Assembly: GCA_934162425.1 (NCBI GenBank)
Contig: CAKPIS010000001.1
Coordinates: forward strand, 158,034-222,033
Reading direction: 5' to 3'
DNA length: 64,000 bases
Origin: an uncultured Bacilli bacterium
Lineage (GTDB): Bacteria; Bacillota_I; Bacilli_A; RF39; UBA660
In this document: in pieces, positions 49,787 to 59,431 of the stretch
Position numbering within the stretch: position 1 is the first letter of the stretch
Layout of the letters: the number at the start of each line of letters is the position of its first letter
Position numbers and translations under genes: made by a program
Notes under the pieces: generated by a model
The model's input: the letters and a program-made list of their open reading frames with translations, nothing else
Told to the model about the DNA's origin: nothing
The model's database searches: none

Positions 49787-49987
49787 TTATTTACATGATC
49801 CTTCTCCAGGATTATCTCCTTTTACATAGCTTTGCCCTGATAATTCACAAGAAGCTTTAGTAATAGAATCTTTTATACTACCACCAAATATTTTTATTGC
49901 ACTTATTGCAATTACAGATACTAATGCAATTATAAGTACATATTCAATTAATGCTTGTCCTTTTTTATTTTTAATCATATTTAACAC
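49787..49987 (-). CDS. flp: Flp/Fap-family (Tad-type) pilin precursor.
   Basis: 66 aa. MLNMIKNKKGQALIEYVLIIALVSVIAISAIKIF fits the Flp motif G-XXXXEY followed by a hydrophobic helix. Confidence 0.55.
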   Translation of the reverse strand: MLNMIKNKKGQALIEYVLIIALVSVIAISAIKIFGGSIKDSITKASCELSGQSYVKGDNPGEGSCK

Positions 49988-50062
49988 CCTCTATCTAACT
50001 ATTAATAGTGTACCATTTTACTTAGTAGTTTGTCAATTACTCTGTTACATTTTTACTGTTTA

Positions 50063-52504
50063 CTAGACACTTTGTATTTCTATTGTTGCATTAGGTTTTA
50101 TTGCCTCCAGTAGTGTTTTACATTCACTATCTTTAACATAGAATGTTATATCTCCAACCTGATTAATCATATTTTTAAATATATCTTTTTCATAAATACT
50201 ACTATTTACACCACTTATATCTAAAGTCTTTAATGATGGGCAATTTTTAATCATATTACTAATATCAGTTGCACTTGCTAAATTAATATTATTAAAACTT
50301 AAATTTTCAAGTGAATTACAAAATTCAAACATTGAAGATAACAGTGTTACATTACTTGTATCAAAATTACTAACGTCTATATTCACTAATTTAGAACAAT
50401 AAAAGAACATACAATTCATATTAGTTACTTCACTAGTATCAAAGTTTGACACATCTAGGTTAGTTAAACTTGAACAATACTGAAACATTTTGTTCATATC
50501 TTTTACTTTACCTGTTTTAAATTTCGATAAATCTAAATTTGTTACTGATGAACAACCATTAAACATATTACTCATGTCTGTTACATTACTTGTATCAAAA
50601 TTACTTAAATCAAGTGTACCAGCTAATGATGAACACCCATAAAACATATTTGCAACATTAGTGGCAGAAGGTGCATTAAACCCTTCAATATTTAATTCTG
50701 TTAAGTTTGACTTACCATAAAACATTCTATAAAGATTTGTAACACTTGGTATATTCCAATTATTTATACTTATACTTTTTATGTTTGCAAGCCTACCATT
50801 ACCAAACATATCGGATACATCACTTAATTTAGGAGCATTAAAATTATTCATTTCGATAGAAGCCATTTTACACCATTGAAATATTTCATACACTTTTGTT
50901 AATTTAGGAGCTTCCCAATTATTTAATTTTAAGGTTGTTATCTTGCCATCATTCATAAACATCTGTTCTACTGATGTAACATTTTGCATATTAAAATGGC
51001 TTAAATCAATTTTTCCAGCAAGCCCTAAACATTCTCTAAACATATTTGACATATTAGTTACTTCACTAGTATCAAAGTTTGACACATCAATAACTGTTAA
51101 TTTTGAACACCCATAAAACATATAACTCATATTTGTTACATTACTTGTACTAAATTTACTCTTATTTATATCCGTTAATAAGCTACAATTATAAAACATA
51201 TAGCTCATATTTGCTACATTACTTGTATCAAAATTACTTAAATCAAGTGTACCAGCTAATGATGAACACCCATAAAACATATTTGCTACATTAGTGGCAG
51301 AAGGTGCATTAAACCCTTCAATATTTAATTCTGTTAATTTTGAACACCCATAAAACATTCTATAAAGATTTGTAACACTTGGTATATTCCAATTATTTAT
51401 ACTTATACTTTTTATGTTTGCAAGCCTACCATTACCAAACATATCGGATACATCACTTAATTTAGGAGCATTAAAATTATTCATTTCGATAGAAGCCATT
51501 TTACACCATTGAAATATTTCATACACTTTTGTTAATTTAGGAGCTTCCCAATTATTTAATTTTAAGGTTGTTATCTTGCCATCATTCATAAACATCTGTT
51601 CTACTGATGTAACATTTTGCATATTAAAATGGCTTAAATCAATTTCTCCAGCAAGTTTCGAGCAATTTCTAAACATATTTGACATTGTAGTCACATCAGA
51701 GGTATCAAGTAAGCTTAAAGATTCTAATGTTATCACGTTTGAAAAATCAATGAATAAATGGTAAGCTTCTGATAACTTTATCTCTCCATACCCTGCTATA
51801 TATAGTTCATATAAATCATTAGAATCATTATCTAATGTGTATGCCATAACAGATCCATCTTTATTTAATGATGCATCCCATGCTTCTATAGCAGAACTTG
51901 GTACTTCAATTGTAGGCATAAATTTAATACTTTCTACTTTACTTCTATCAAATGATGAATTATTTACAAATGAACTAGAACTTCCTTTAGCAAGCACAGA
52001 CTCTGCTTTTATAAAGTTAAATTTAATTACTGAATCGAGATTTTTATTTAAACCATTATAGCTATTCCATTTATATGTTATTTCTATACTTTTTTCTTCT
52101 CCTTTATTTATCATAAATGGTAATTTTTCATTTAACTCATATGTTATACCATCATTATTATAATTTATATTATTAAGAGAACTTAAATTCATTGGTACAT
52201 TACCTGTATTTGTTATTGTAACTTGGTATGTTATAGTTGAGTTAGTTTCATTTAAAGTTATACCTGTTTTTATTCTATCTTTAGAGTAACTACTATTATA
52301 GTTTTCAATACCATTAAAAGTACTTCCTACTAACTTTACATCTGTTATTCTTATACTTTCTTCTACTCTAAATACAGCTTCACTAGTTATATTTAATTCT
52401 TGGTTAAGTGAGCTATATCCTACACTTAAAAATACTACAAATAAAAAAATTAAAGGTAATAAAATATTTGCTTTAGAACTTTTATATCTTTTTCTAAGCT
52501 TCAT
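50063..52504 (-). CDS. Large secreted or surface protein with an N-terminal signal/TM and many DUF285/BspA-type leucine-rich repeats. It contains a ~0.63-kb internal tandem duplication.
   Basis: Repeats of the type LSNFDTSNVTNMSYMFYGCSKLT. A ~210-aa block (IDLSHFNMQNVTSVEQMF...NFDTSNV) occurs twice almost identically. Confidence 0.7.
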   Translation of the reverse strand: MKLRKRYKSSKANILLPLIFLFVVFLSVGYSSLNQELNITSEAVFRVEESIRITDVKLVGSTFNGIENYNSSYSKDRIKTGITLNETNSTITYQVTITNTGNVPMNLSSLNNINYNNDGITYELNEKLPFMINKGEEKSIEITYKWNSYNGLNKNLDSVIKFNFIKAESVLAKGSSSSFVNNSSFDRSKVESIKFMPTIEVPSSAIEAWDASLNKDGSVMAYTLDNDSNDLYELYIAGYGEIKLSEAYHLFIDFSNVITLESLSLLDTSDVTTMSNMFRNCSKLAGEIDLSHFNMQNVTSVEQMFMNDGKITTLKLNNWEAPKLTKVYEIFQWCKMASIEMNNFNAPKLSDVSDMFGNGRLANIKSISINNWNIPSVTNLYRMFYGCSKLTELNIEGFNAPSATNVANMFYGCSSLAGTLDLSNFDTSNVANMSYMFYNCSLLTDINKSKFSTSNVTNMSYMFYGCSKLTVIDVSNFDTSEVTNMSNMFRECLGLAGKIDLSHFNMQNVTSVEQMFMNDGKITTLKLNNWEAPKLTKVYEIFQWCKMASIEMNNFNAPKLSDVSDMFGNGRLANIKSISINNWNIPSVTNLYRMFYGKSNLTELNIEGFNAPSATNVANMFYGCSSLAGTLDLSNFDTSNVTDMSNMFNGCSSVTNLDLSKFKTGKVKDMNKMFQYCSSLTNLDVSNFDTSEVTNMNCMFFYCSKLVNIDVSNFDTSNVTLLSSMFEFCNSLENLSFNNINLASATDISNMIKNCPSLKTLDISGVNSSIYEKDIFKNMINQVGDITFYVKDSECKTLLEAIKPNATIEIQSV

Positions 52505-52649
52505 TTTATCACCTCTATTCTTTTATATTATATCCATATTTTAAAATTATATATACTATACGTATTAATTATAATATATGTATAACTTTAAGTCAATGTT
52601 TTGACTTGTTAAAAAGATAGTATTATGATACCATTTACTTGGTGATATT

Positions 52650-52922
52650 ATGCTTGAATTTAAAAATATACAAATAAATGAAGCCAAAAGTTTTAAAGAA
52701 AGACTTATTGGTTTAATGTTTAAAAAGAACATAACTTATGGATTATTATTTAAAAATTGTAGAAGTATTCATACGTTTTTCATGAAAGATAAAATAGATG
52801 TTATTGCAACAGATAAAGATGATAATATAATAAAAACATATAAATCTGTTAGCAAAAATAAAATTATAATTGCTCCAAAAAGCACAAAGAACATCTATGA
52901 ATTACCAAAAGGCACCATTTAG
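52650..52922 (+). CDS. DUF192 (COG1430) family protein.
   Basis: 90 aa. ERLIGLMFKKNITYGLLFKNCRSIHTFFMKDKIDVIATDKDDNII fits the DUF192 pattern. Confidence 0.45.
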   Translation: MLEFKNIQINEAKSFKERLIGLMFKKNITYGLLFKNCRSIHTFFMKDKIDVIATDKDDNIIKTYKSVSKNKIIIAPKSTKNIYELPKGTI

Positions 52923-52929
52923 TGCCCTT

Positions 52930-53541
52930 TTATTTTGCTTTAGCTTTTACATAATATCTTTCTTTACCACCTTTTGTACAAGTAACTAAAGTTATTATTT
53001 TCTCATCATTACTTACTGGTGCTTTTAAATACGTAGCATCATCAATTGTTGTTACACTATATTCATAAACATAGTAATTAATACTTCTACCAGTTAAATC
53101 AGTTATCGTTATAACATCATTATTTACTAACCCTTTAATTTTTATAAAGTATTTTCCTCTCATAAAATTATGAGCTCCTAAAACAACATTACCTTTGCTA
53201 TTTAGTTCTGGTCCATACATTTTAACTACTGCTGTATCATAAGCTAACTTTGTATTTTCTTTTAATATAGGTTCATAAAGATTTATCTTTTTAATTCTTA
53301 TTTTTCCTAAAACAGTATAATTTGTTTTATTATAAGAAATATTTTTTTCAGTATTACTTACCTCATCTTCTTTATTTTCTTTTATTTCTTTATCAATTAC
53401 ATCTATAATACCCTTAGACATTTCTTTTCTTTTTCTTTCTCTAAAATTAGTATATATCCACATAAATACAAATACATATAGTAAAATAACTATTATTAAT
53501 ATTAATATATCCATTATTATTTCTTTTACGTTCTTTTTCAT
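52930..53541 (-). CDS. Sortase-family transpeptidase.
   Basis: N-terminal TM. His motif VVLGAHNF, active-site ITLVTCT (TLXTC) and downstream Arg/Lys (YYVKAK). Confidence 0.7.
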   Translation of the reverse strand: MKKNVKEIIMDILILIIVILLYVFVFMWIYTNFRERKRKEMSKGIIDVIDKEIKENKEDEVSNTEKNISYNKTNYTVLGKIRIKKINLYEPILKENTKLAYDTAVVKMYGPELNSKGNVVLGAHNFMRGKYFIKIKGLVNNDVITITDLTGRSINYYVYEYSVTTIDDATYLKAPVSNDEKIITLVTCTKGGKERYYVKAKAK

Positions 53542-53709
53542 AATCTACACCTTAATATATGGCTTTAATAAGTCATATCCAAAAAAGTAAGTTAATAGTC
53601 CAAGTACAACTAAAATAATTAATAAAATTATTATTACTATCATAAATTTATCTTTCTTTTTTTCTATTTTATCATCAGATACATCAATAAATTCCATATC
53701 ATCCATATA

Positions 53710-55560
53710 TTATGCACCATCACTTTCTTTATAACTTCTATCAGTATATATTAATTTACCCTTATAATTATAATACTCATTTTTAATTATAATATAGTTT
53801 TCATATGCCTCATACTTAGTATTAAATGAAGTAATATTTATTTGTCTTTTATTTTCAGGTATTATTATTTGATCATTAGTATTAGATGATACTTTAAGTA
53901 TTGGATATGTTTCATCAAATATAACATCATTATAATACTTATCATTGTATTTATTTCCCTTTTTATTATAAAGTGCATATCTATTATCTTTTTTTACTGC
54001 ATAAAAAACATTATTAATATTACCAGAAGATTTCTTTTTTGCATCATCCCCTGCCATTTTAATATCTTTATTTTCAAATGGAATTATAATTTTACCATCT
54101 TTATTTATAACACCTAAGCCTTCTTCTGTCCCACAAATAGCTTCGCCGTACTTATCAAAATCATTTGCTATAGTATAGTGTTTATCACTAATTAAATTAC
54201 CATTAGTATCAATATATCCATATGTATTATCAGCATATTTTACTATAGCTACTTTGTTTAAAAATGGTTTATATATTTCAAAATCAGCATATAAACTATT
54301 ATATACTTCTCCATCTTTAATCATGTATATAACGTTTTTACCCTTCTTATAATCATAGTCTTTATACATAAATACACTATCACCATAATAAAAGCTATCA
54401 TCTGTTATATCTTTTTTAATAATACCTTTTGTCTTTGCACTTATTAAATCATATGATGCATCTTTAAGCCCTAAAATAACTCCAGTATCAATAGATAATA
54501 CAGATATACTTTTATAATCACTTGTTTCAAGTACAACACTATCATTATAAACATAAATATATGTTTTACCACTATTAGTAGTTTCTTCAAACACATTATT
54601 ATCTAAAGCTTTAATTTTATTTAAAGTTGGCTTTGTAATTTCTTTACCACTTTTTAAATTTATAATTTGAAATGATGAATTAATTGATAAAGCTGCATAC
54701 TTATCAGCTGATGTACTAGTTAATTTAGATGGATATATATTTATACTTTTATCAACATTATCAGTTAATTTATATTTATATATTTCTTTACCATTTTTAT
54801 TTATTAAACCAACAGTATTTTCTTTAACATAAGTATAAACATCATCATAATAATCTATAGTATCATAATCAAAATCTGCTATTACTTTTAAATCAGCATT
54901 TAAAATACCATATTTAAGTCCATCTTTAGCTAATTTAGAAGCTACTATGTTACTACCAGTTCTATTTAGTGAAAAATATTTTCCTTGTTTAACAACTTCT
55001 TTACTTCCTTTATCTATTATAAGAGGTAAATTAGATGAGTTTTTAACTATCGCATAATTACTATTAAATTCTTCAGCATAATCATATTTTGGATTTGATA
55101 ATACTTCTCCAGTATAATCTATATAACCATATTTATTATTTTGAGTTATTCTAATTGGTTTTGCATCCGATGCATATACTCTTAAGTTATTTAATATTTG
55201 ACCAGTTTTAGTTAAGAAAAATTCAAAACAAAATAGCATAACAATAATAGTATATAACATAACTTTTTTAACTATTTTTTTAGTCTTTAAACTCTTTATA
55301 TTAAAGTCTTTAATAGACGGAACATATTCATCTAATTTAGACTCTTTAACATCTATTTCTAATTTTTTTTCATCAGATACGTTTTCTAATAATTCGTCTA
55401 ACTTTTTTTCTTCTTCTATTTTATTTTTCTTAATGCTATCATCAAAAAAATCTAGCATTTCATCAATTTTATTTGATACTTCTTCATCTAAGGAGAGTGT
55501 TTCTATGTTATCATCAGAGTCAAAATCTAAAGTTTCTAAATCTTTATCTTCATCTTTCAT
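53710..55560 (-). CDS. Type-II membrane protein with an acidic N-terminal cytoplasmic region, one TM helix, and an extracytoplasmic domain of WG/KWG-like repeats.
   Basis: 616 aa. TM VMLYTIIVMLFCFEFFL. Repeats include NKYGYIDYTGEVLSNPKYDYAEEFNSNYAIVKN, GKYGILNADLKVIADFDYD, TVGLINKNGKEIYKY, NTYGYIDTNGNLISDKHYTIANDFDKYGEA and EGLGVINKDGKIIIPFENKDI. Confidence 0.55.
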   Translation of the reverse strand: MKDEDKDLETLDFDSDDNIETLSLDEEVSNKIDEMLDFFDDSIKKNKIEEEKKLDELLENVSDEKKLEIDVKESKLDEYVPSIKDFNIKSLKTKKIVKKVMLYTIIVMLFCFEFFLTKTGQILNNLRVYASDAKPIRITQNNKYGYIDYTGEVLSNPKYDYAEEFNSNYAIVKNSSNLPLIIDKGSKEVVKQGKYFSLNRTGSNIVASKLAKDGLKYGILNADLKVIADFDYDTIDYYDDVYTYVKENTVGLINKNGKEIYKYKLTDNVDKSINIYPSKLTSTSADKYAALSINSSFQIINLKSGKEITKPTLNKIKALDNNVFEETTNSGKTYIYVYNDSVVLETSDYKSISVLSIDTGVILGLKDASYDLISAKTKGIIKKDITDDSFYYGDSVFMYKDYDYKKGKNVIYMIKDGEVYNSLYADFEIYKPFLNKVAIVKYADNTYGYIDTNGNLISDKHYTIANDFDKYGEAICGTEEGLGVINKDGKIIIPFENKDIKMAGDDAKKKSSGNINNVFYAVKKDNRYALYNKKGNKYNDKYYNDVIFDETYPILKVSSNTNDQIIIPENKRQINITSFNTKYEAYENYIIIKNEYYNYKGKLIYTDRSYKESDGA

Positions 55561-55639
55561 ATTAAGACCTCCCTACTGTAATTTTATAATAAATGTAAAC
55601 AAAGTGCAAGAGCAATACACCTTTGGTGTAAATGCATAC

Positions 55640-56932
55640 TTATTCTTTTATTTTTCCTATTAATACTTTATCTTTATAATCTGTAATTTTTACGTTTACA
55701 CTTTTTCCAATTAAAGCTTCACAGCCCTTAAATGATACTAATAAATAGTTATCAGTATGTCCTTTTAAAGTGCCATCTAAATAGTTTTCTGGAATAACTT
55801 TCACTTCCTTTTTTATATGTTTTTTATAATATTCTTCTTCTAGATTATCAAACACATTAATTAGCATCTTACATCTATTATGTTTTTCAGCCTTAGTAAG
55901 CATTCCAGTCATTTTACTTGCTACAGTACCACTTCTAGGTGAAAATGGAAATACATGTCCTCCTGCAAAATTAACTTTTTTAACAAAGTCTATTGTTTCA
56001 TTAAAATCATCTATGCTTTCTTTTGGAAATCCAACTATAACATCTGTTGTAATAGCAATATCTGGTCTAATACTTCTTATTTCATTAATCTTATTTATAT
56101 AATAATCTTTATCGTATTTTCTATTCATTAATTTAAGTATATGATTACTTCCAGCTTGAAGTGGAATATGAATATGATTAGCTATTTTATCACATTTTTT
56201 TAAAGTATCTAAAAACTTATCATTTAACTCTGTTATTTCTACAGATGATATTCTAATTCTTTCAAGACCATTTATATTTTGTAATTCATTTAATAAATCA
56301 CTAAAATCATAATCTTTAAGATCAGAACCATAATGTCCAGTATGTATTCCCGTTAATACTACTTCTTTATAGCCATTATTTACAAGTCTTGTAACTTCTT
56401 CTATTACTTTTTCCTTTTTCTTACTTCTTACTTTTCCCCTAACGTACGGAATTATACAATATGAGCAAAAATTTTCACATCCATCTTCTATTTTAACTAA
56501 AGCTCTAGTTCTAGTATTAAAATAACTAATTTCCATATCATCAAAAGTAGCATCATCTATTTGTTCTATTTTTAATATTTTATTACGATTCTTAATATAA
56601 TCTTCTATTAAATCTACTATTTTACTCTTATCTTTATTTCCAATTACTACATCTACATAATCATAAATAGCATTATCATTATTTCTAATTTGTGTAAAGC
56701 AACCCATCGCTGCAACTATGCACCATTTATTTTTAGCTTTAGCTTGTCTTATCATTTTTCTTGATTTTTGATCACTTGTATTAGTTACAGTGCATGTATT
56801 TATAAGATATATATCTGCTGTATCATCATCAAATGAAGTAAGCTCATATCCCCTTTTTAAAAATTCTTTTATAACATATTCACTTTCATATGTATTAACC
56901 TTACAACCTAATGTATAAACTGCAATTTTCAT
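55640..56932 (-). CDS. mtaB: MiaB-like tRNA methylthiotransferase (MtaB/YqeV type).
   Basis: MTTase N-domain (YTLGCKVNTYESE), radical-SAM CxxxCxxC (CENFCSYC) and a TRAM C-terminus. Adjacent to rsmE as in Bacillus. Confidence 0.85.
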   Translation of the reverse strand: MKIAVYTLGCKVNTYESEYVIKEFLKRGYELTSFDDDTADIYLINTCTVTNTSDQKSRKMIRQAKAKNKWCIVAAMGCFTQIRNNDNAIYDYVDVVIGNKDKSKIVDLIEDYIKNRNKILKIEQIDDATFDDMEISYFNTRTRALVKIEDGCENFCSYCIIPYVRGKVRSKKKEKVIEEVTRLVNNGYKEVVLTGIHTGHYGSDLKDYDFSDLLNELQNINGLERIRISSVEITELNDKFLDTLKKCDKIANHIHIPLQAGSNHILKLMNRKYDKDYYINKINEIRSIRPDIAITTDVIVGFPKESIDDFNETIDFVKKVNFAGGHVFPFSPRSGTVASKMTGMLTKAEKHNRCKMLINVFDNLEEEYYKKHIKKEVKVIPENYLDGTLKGHTDNYLLVSFKGCEALIGKSVNVKITDYKDKVLIGKIKE

Positions 56933-56964
56933 AAGTCTGCCTCCTAAAAAAAGGCTTAACGCCT

Positions 56965-57582
56965 TTACTTGTTACTATCAGAAAAATCTTTTTTAATACC
57001 GTATACTGGTGATATAACTTGTGATACTTTAAATGCCTTAACTTCTTTTTCTTCTGTTTTCATAGTATCACTAACTACTTTATCAACTTCAGCTGGTTCT
57101 AAATTATACTTTTCAAGATAATTTACACCAGTATGTTCATCATCATCAATTAATTCTAATTCCTTAGCTTTTTCCATTAATTCATCAATAGATATAATAG
57201 CAGTTCTTTCTTGATCTTCTTCAAAATTAGTTAAAGTAATTGGATTATCTTCTTTTAGTGCCTCACTAACTCTTTGAGCTATATCTTCAACTTCTGTTTT
57301 TTCATTAGTATATAAAACTTCCGTCTTATCTTCATACTCTTTTTGTACTGCTTCTATTTTTTCTTCTTTTTTACTTTCTTTTATATCTTCTTTTTTATAT
57401 TTTTCTAAAGCTTTTTTATCCTTTATATGCTGAATTATATAAGATATTAATAAAAGCACACATAAAACTACTATTAAAAATACTATTGCTGAAAAAATTA
57501 TCTGACCTTCAGAGTTTAAATTACCATAAAAATTATTAAAAGAATAGGAAACTGATGCCAATAATTTTTTCACAATAATCAC
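56965..57582 (-). CDS. Hypothetical membrane-anchored acidic coiled-coil protein inserted between rsmE and mtaB.
   Basis: 205 aa. TM IIFSAIVFLIVVLCVLLLISYII followed by E/K-rich sequence. Confidence 0.35.
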   Translation of the reverse strand: MIIVKKLLASVSYSFNNFYGNLNSEGQIIFSAIVFLIVVLCVLLLISYIIQHIKDKKALEKYKKEDIKESKKEEKIEAVQKEYEDKTEVLYTNEKTEVEDIAQRVSEALKEDNPITLTNFEEDQERTAIISIDELMEKAKELELIDDDEHTGVNYLEKYNLEPAEVDKVVSDTMKTEEKEVKAFKVSQVISPVYGIKKDFSDSNK

Positions 57583-58277
57583 CTCATGTTTTCGTAATTT
57601 ATCATTGAAAGTGCAACAACAGGAGCTGTTTCTGCTCTTAATACAGTATTTCCAAGTGAAGCACTAATAAATCCATTATTAATTAATATTTCTTCTTCCG
57701 TTTTATCAAATCCACCTTCTGGACCCGTAACAATTAATATTGTATCATAATTTGTCTTATTTTGTAGTATTTTTTTTATATTTTTTGTTTTTTCATTTAA
57801 AGTACACAGTATCTTTAAATCATAATCTAATTTTGATATTTCTTTTATGTTAAAAATACCCAATATTGGTGGAATAGTTATTCTAAAACTTTGCTCTGAA
57901 GCTTCCTTGCAAATAGTCTCCCATCTAGTAATTTTTTTAAGAGATGATGGCTTATCTATTTTAACAACAGACCTTTTAGAATCAAATAAAATAAAGTTTT
58001 TAGCGCCAACTTCAGTTGCTTTTTGTAAAATATAATCTATCTTTTGTTCTTTTAATACAGGAAAGCAGATAGTTACATTAGGTAAATTATCTATCATTTT
58101 TTCTTCTTCTACTACCTTTATAAGTTTTTTATTAGGAAATACTTTACACTTATATACAAAGCTGTTGTAAACTACTTCTATTATATCCTCATCTTTCATT
58201 CTCATAACGTTTTTTATATGATGATAATCAGTTTGTCTTAAATTTAAGTCTTTATCTATCGCGAAATATCTCTGCAT
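57579..58277 (-). CDS. rsmE: 16S rRNA (uracil1498-N3)-methyltransferase.
   Basis: 232 aa. RsmE PUA-like N-terminus and SPOUT C-terminus (IVTGPEGGFDKTEEE). Confidence 0.85.
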   Translation of the reverse strand: MQRYFAIDKDLNLRQTDYHHIKNVMRMKDEDIIEVVYNSFVYKCKVFPNKKLIKVVEEEKMIDNLPNVTICFPVLKEQKIDYILQKATEVGAKNFILFDSKRSVVKIDKPSSLKKITRWETICKEASEQSFRITIPPILGIFNIKEISKLDYDLKILCTLNEKTKNIKKILQNKTNYDTILIVTGPEGGFDKTEEEILINNGFISASLGNTVLRAETAPVVALSMINYENMR

Positions 58278-58388
58278 AATATACCTCTTTTTTTCTTTAG
58301 TATAACAATATTTTTTATTTAAGTAAATAAATGCATTAAAAATTTATAATTTATCTGTTATAATGATATAAGAAGGAAGGTATAAGAT

Positions 58389-59417
58389 ATGGATGATATG
58401 TTTGAATTAATAGATGATGATACAGAAGAAACTTTGTTTCTAGATGATAATGATAATAAAAAAAGTACCAATAATACTGTGAATGATAATACTAAAGTAA
58501 AAAGAAGAAGTGTTTTAGAAAAGTATGGTGAAAACCTAAGTACTAAAAATTATATAACTAATCCTGCTATTGCAAGAGAAAATGAAATAGAAAAAACAAT
58601 ATTAACTATTTTAACTCCAGATAAATCAGCTATATTAGTTGGTAAAGCAGGTATTGGTAAAACAGCAATAGTTGAAGGTATTGCATATAAAATTCAAAAT
58701 AATGATGTACCAGATGCAATTAAAGGATATGACATAATTAAAGTTAATACCTCTTCTCTACTTGGAAAATATGTAACTGAAGATGGAAGTGAAGAACTTA
58801 AAATAAACGTACTTTTAAATGAATTATCAAAAGCAGAAAATACTATTTTATTTATAGATGAAATTCATACTCTTGTTATTGAATCTAGAAAAAGTAATAT
58901 TGACTTTTTAAATGCTATGAAACCAGCACTATCTAGAGGAGATATAAAAGTAATTGGTGCAACTACATTAGATGAATATAATCAGTATTTAATAAGAGAT
59001 AAAGCCTTTTTAAGACGTTTTGAAAAAATAGATGTTGCAGAGCCTGATGCCGAAACTACTGTTAAAATATTAATGGGTTCTTATCCTAAAATAGAAAAAA
59101 CAACTGGTGTTAAATTATCTTACTCCAACTTTGTTATAGAAAATATCATGAGATTTATAGTAGATATGACAAGTGAATATAAAAGAGTTTATGAACTAGG
59201 TTCTAGATATCCTGATAATGCACTAGCTCTTTTATCTAAAGCATTTTCATATGCTAAATTTGATAATAGCAAGTATGTTACTTTTAAACATATATATAAA
59301 GCCATTATGAATTGTCAAAGTGTATACTCTGATGTTGTAAAAAAAGAAGCTGAAAATTTTAAAGTTAAATTCAAAGAATTTATTGAAAAAGAAAACGTTG
59401 ATTTAAATGACTATTAA
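58389..59417 (+). CDS. Stand-alone Clp D1-like AAA+ ATPase domain protein. It has no N-domain, no second nucleotide-binding domain and no ClpP loop.
   Basis: Acidic N-terminus. Walker A LVGKAGIGKTAIVEGIAYKI (ClpA/B/C D1 type), Walker B ILFIDEIHTL and arginine-finger region LSRGDIKVIGATTLDEY. 342 aa. Confidence 0.55.
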   Translation: MDDMFELIDDDTEETLFLDDNDNKKSTNNTVNDNTKVKRRSVLEKYGENLSTKNYITNPAIARENEIEKTILTILTPDKSAILVGKAGIGKTAIVEGIAYKIQNNDVPDAIKGYDIIKVNTSSLLGKYVTEDGSEELKINVLLNELSKAENTILFIDEIHTLVIESRKSNIDFLNAMKPALSRGDIKVIGATTLDEYNQYLIRDKAFLRRFEKIDVAEPDAETTVKILMGSYPKIEKTTGVKLSYSNFVIENIMRFIVDMTSEYKRVYELGSRYPDNALALLSKAFSYAKFDNSKYVTFKHIYKAIMNCQSVYSDVVKKEAENFKVKFKEFIEKENVDLNDY

Positions 59418-59431
59418 AAAAAGATATGTGT

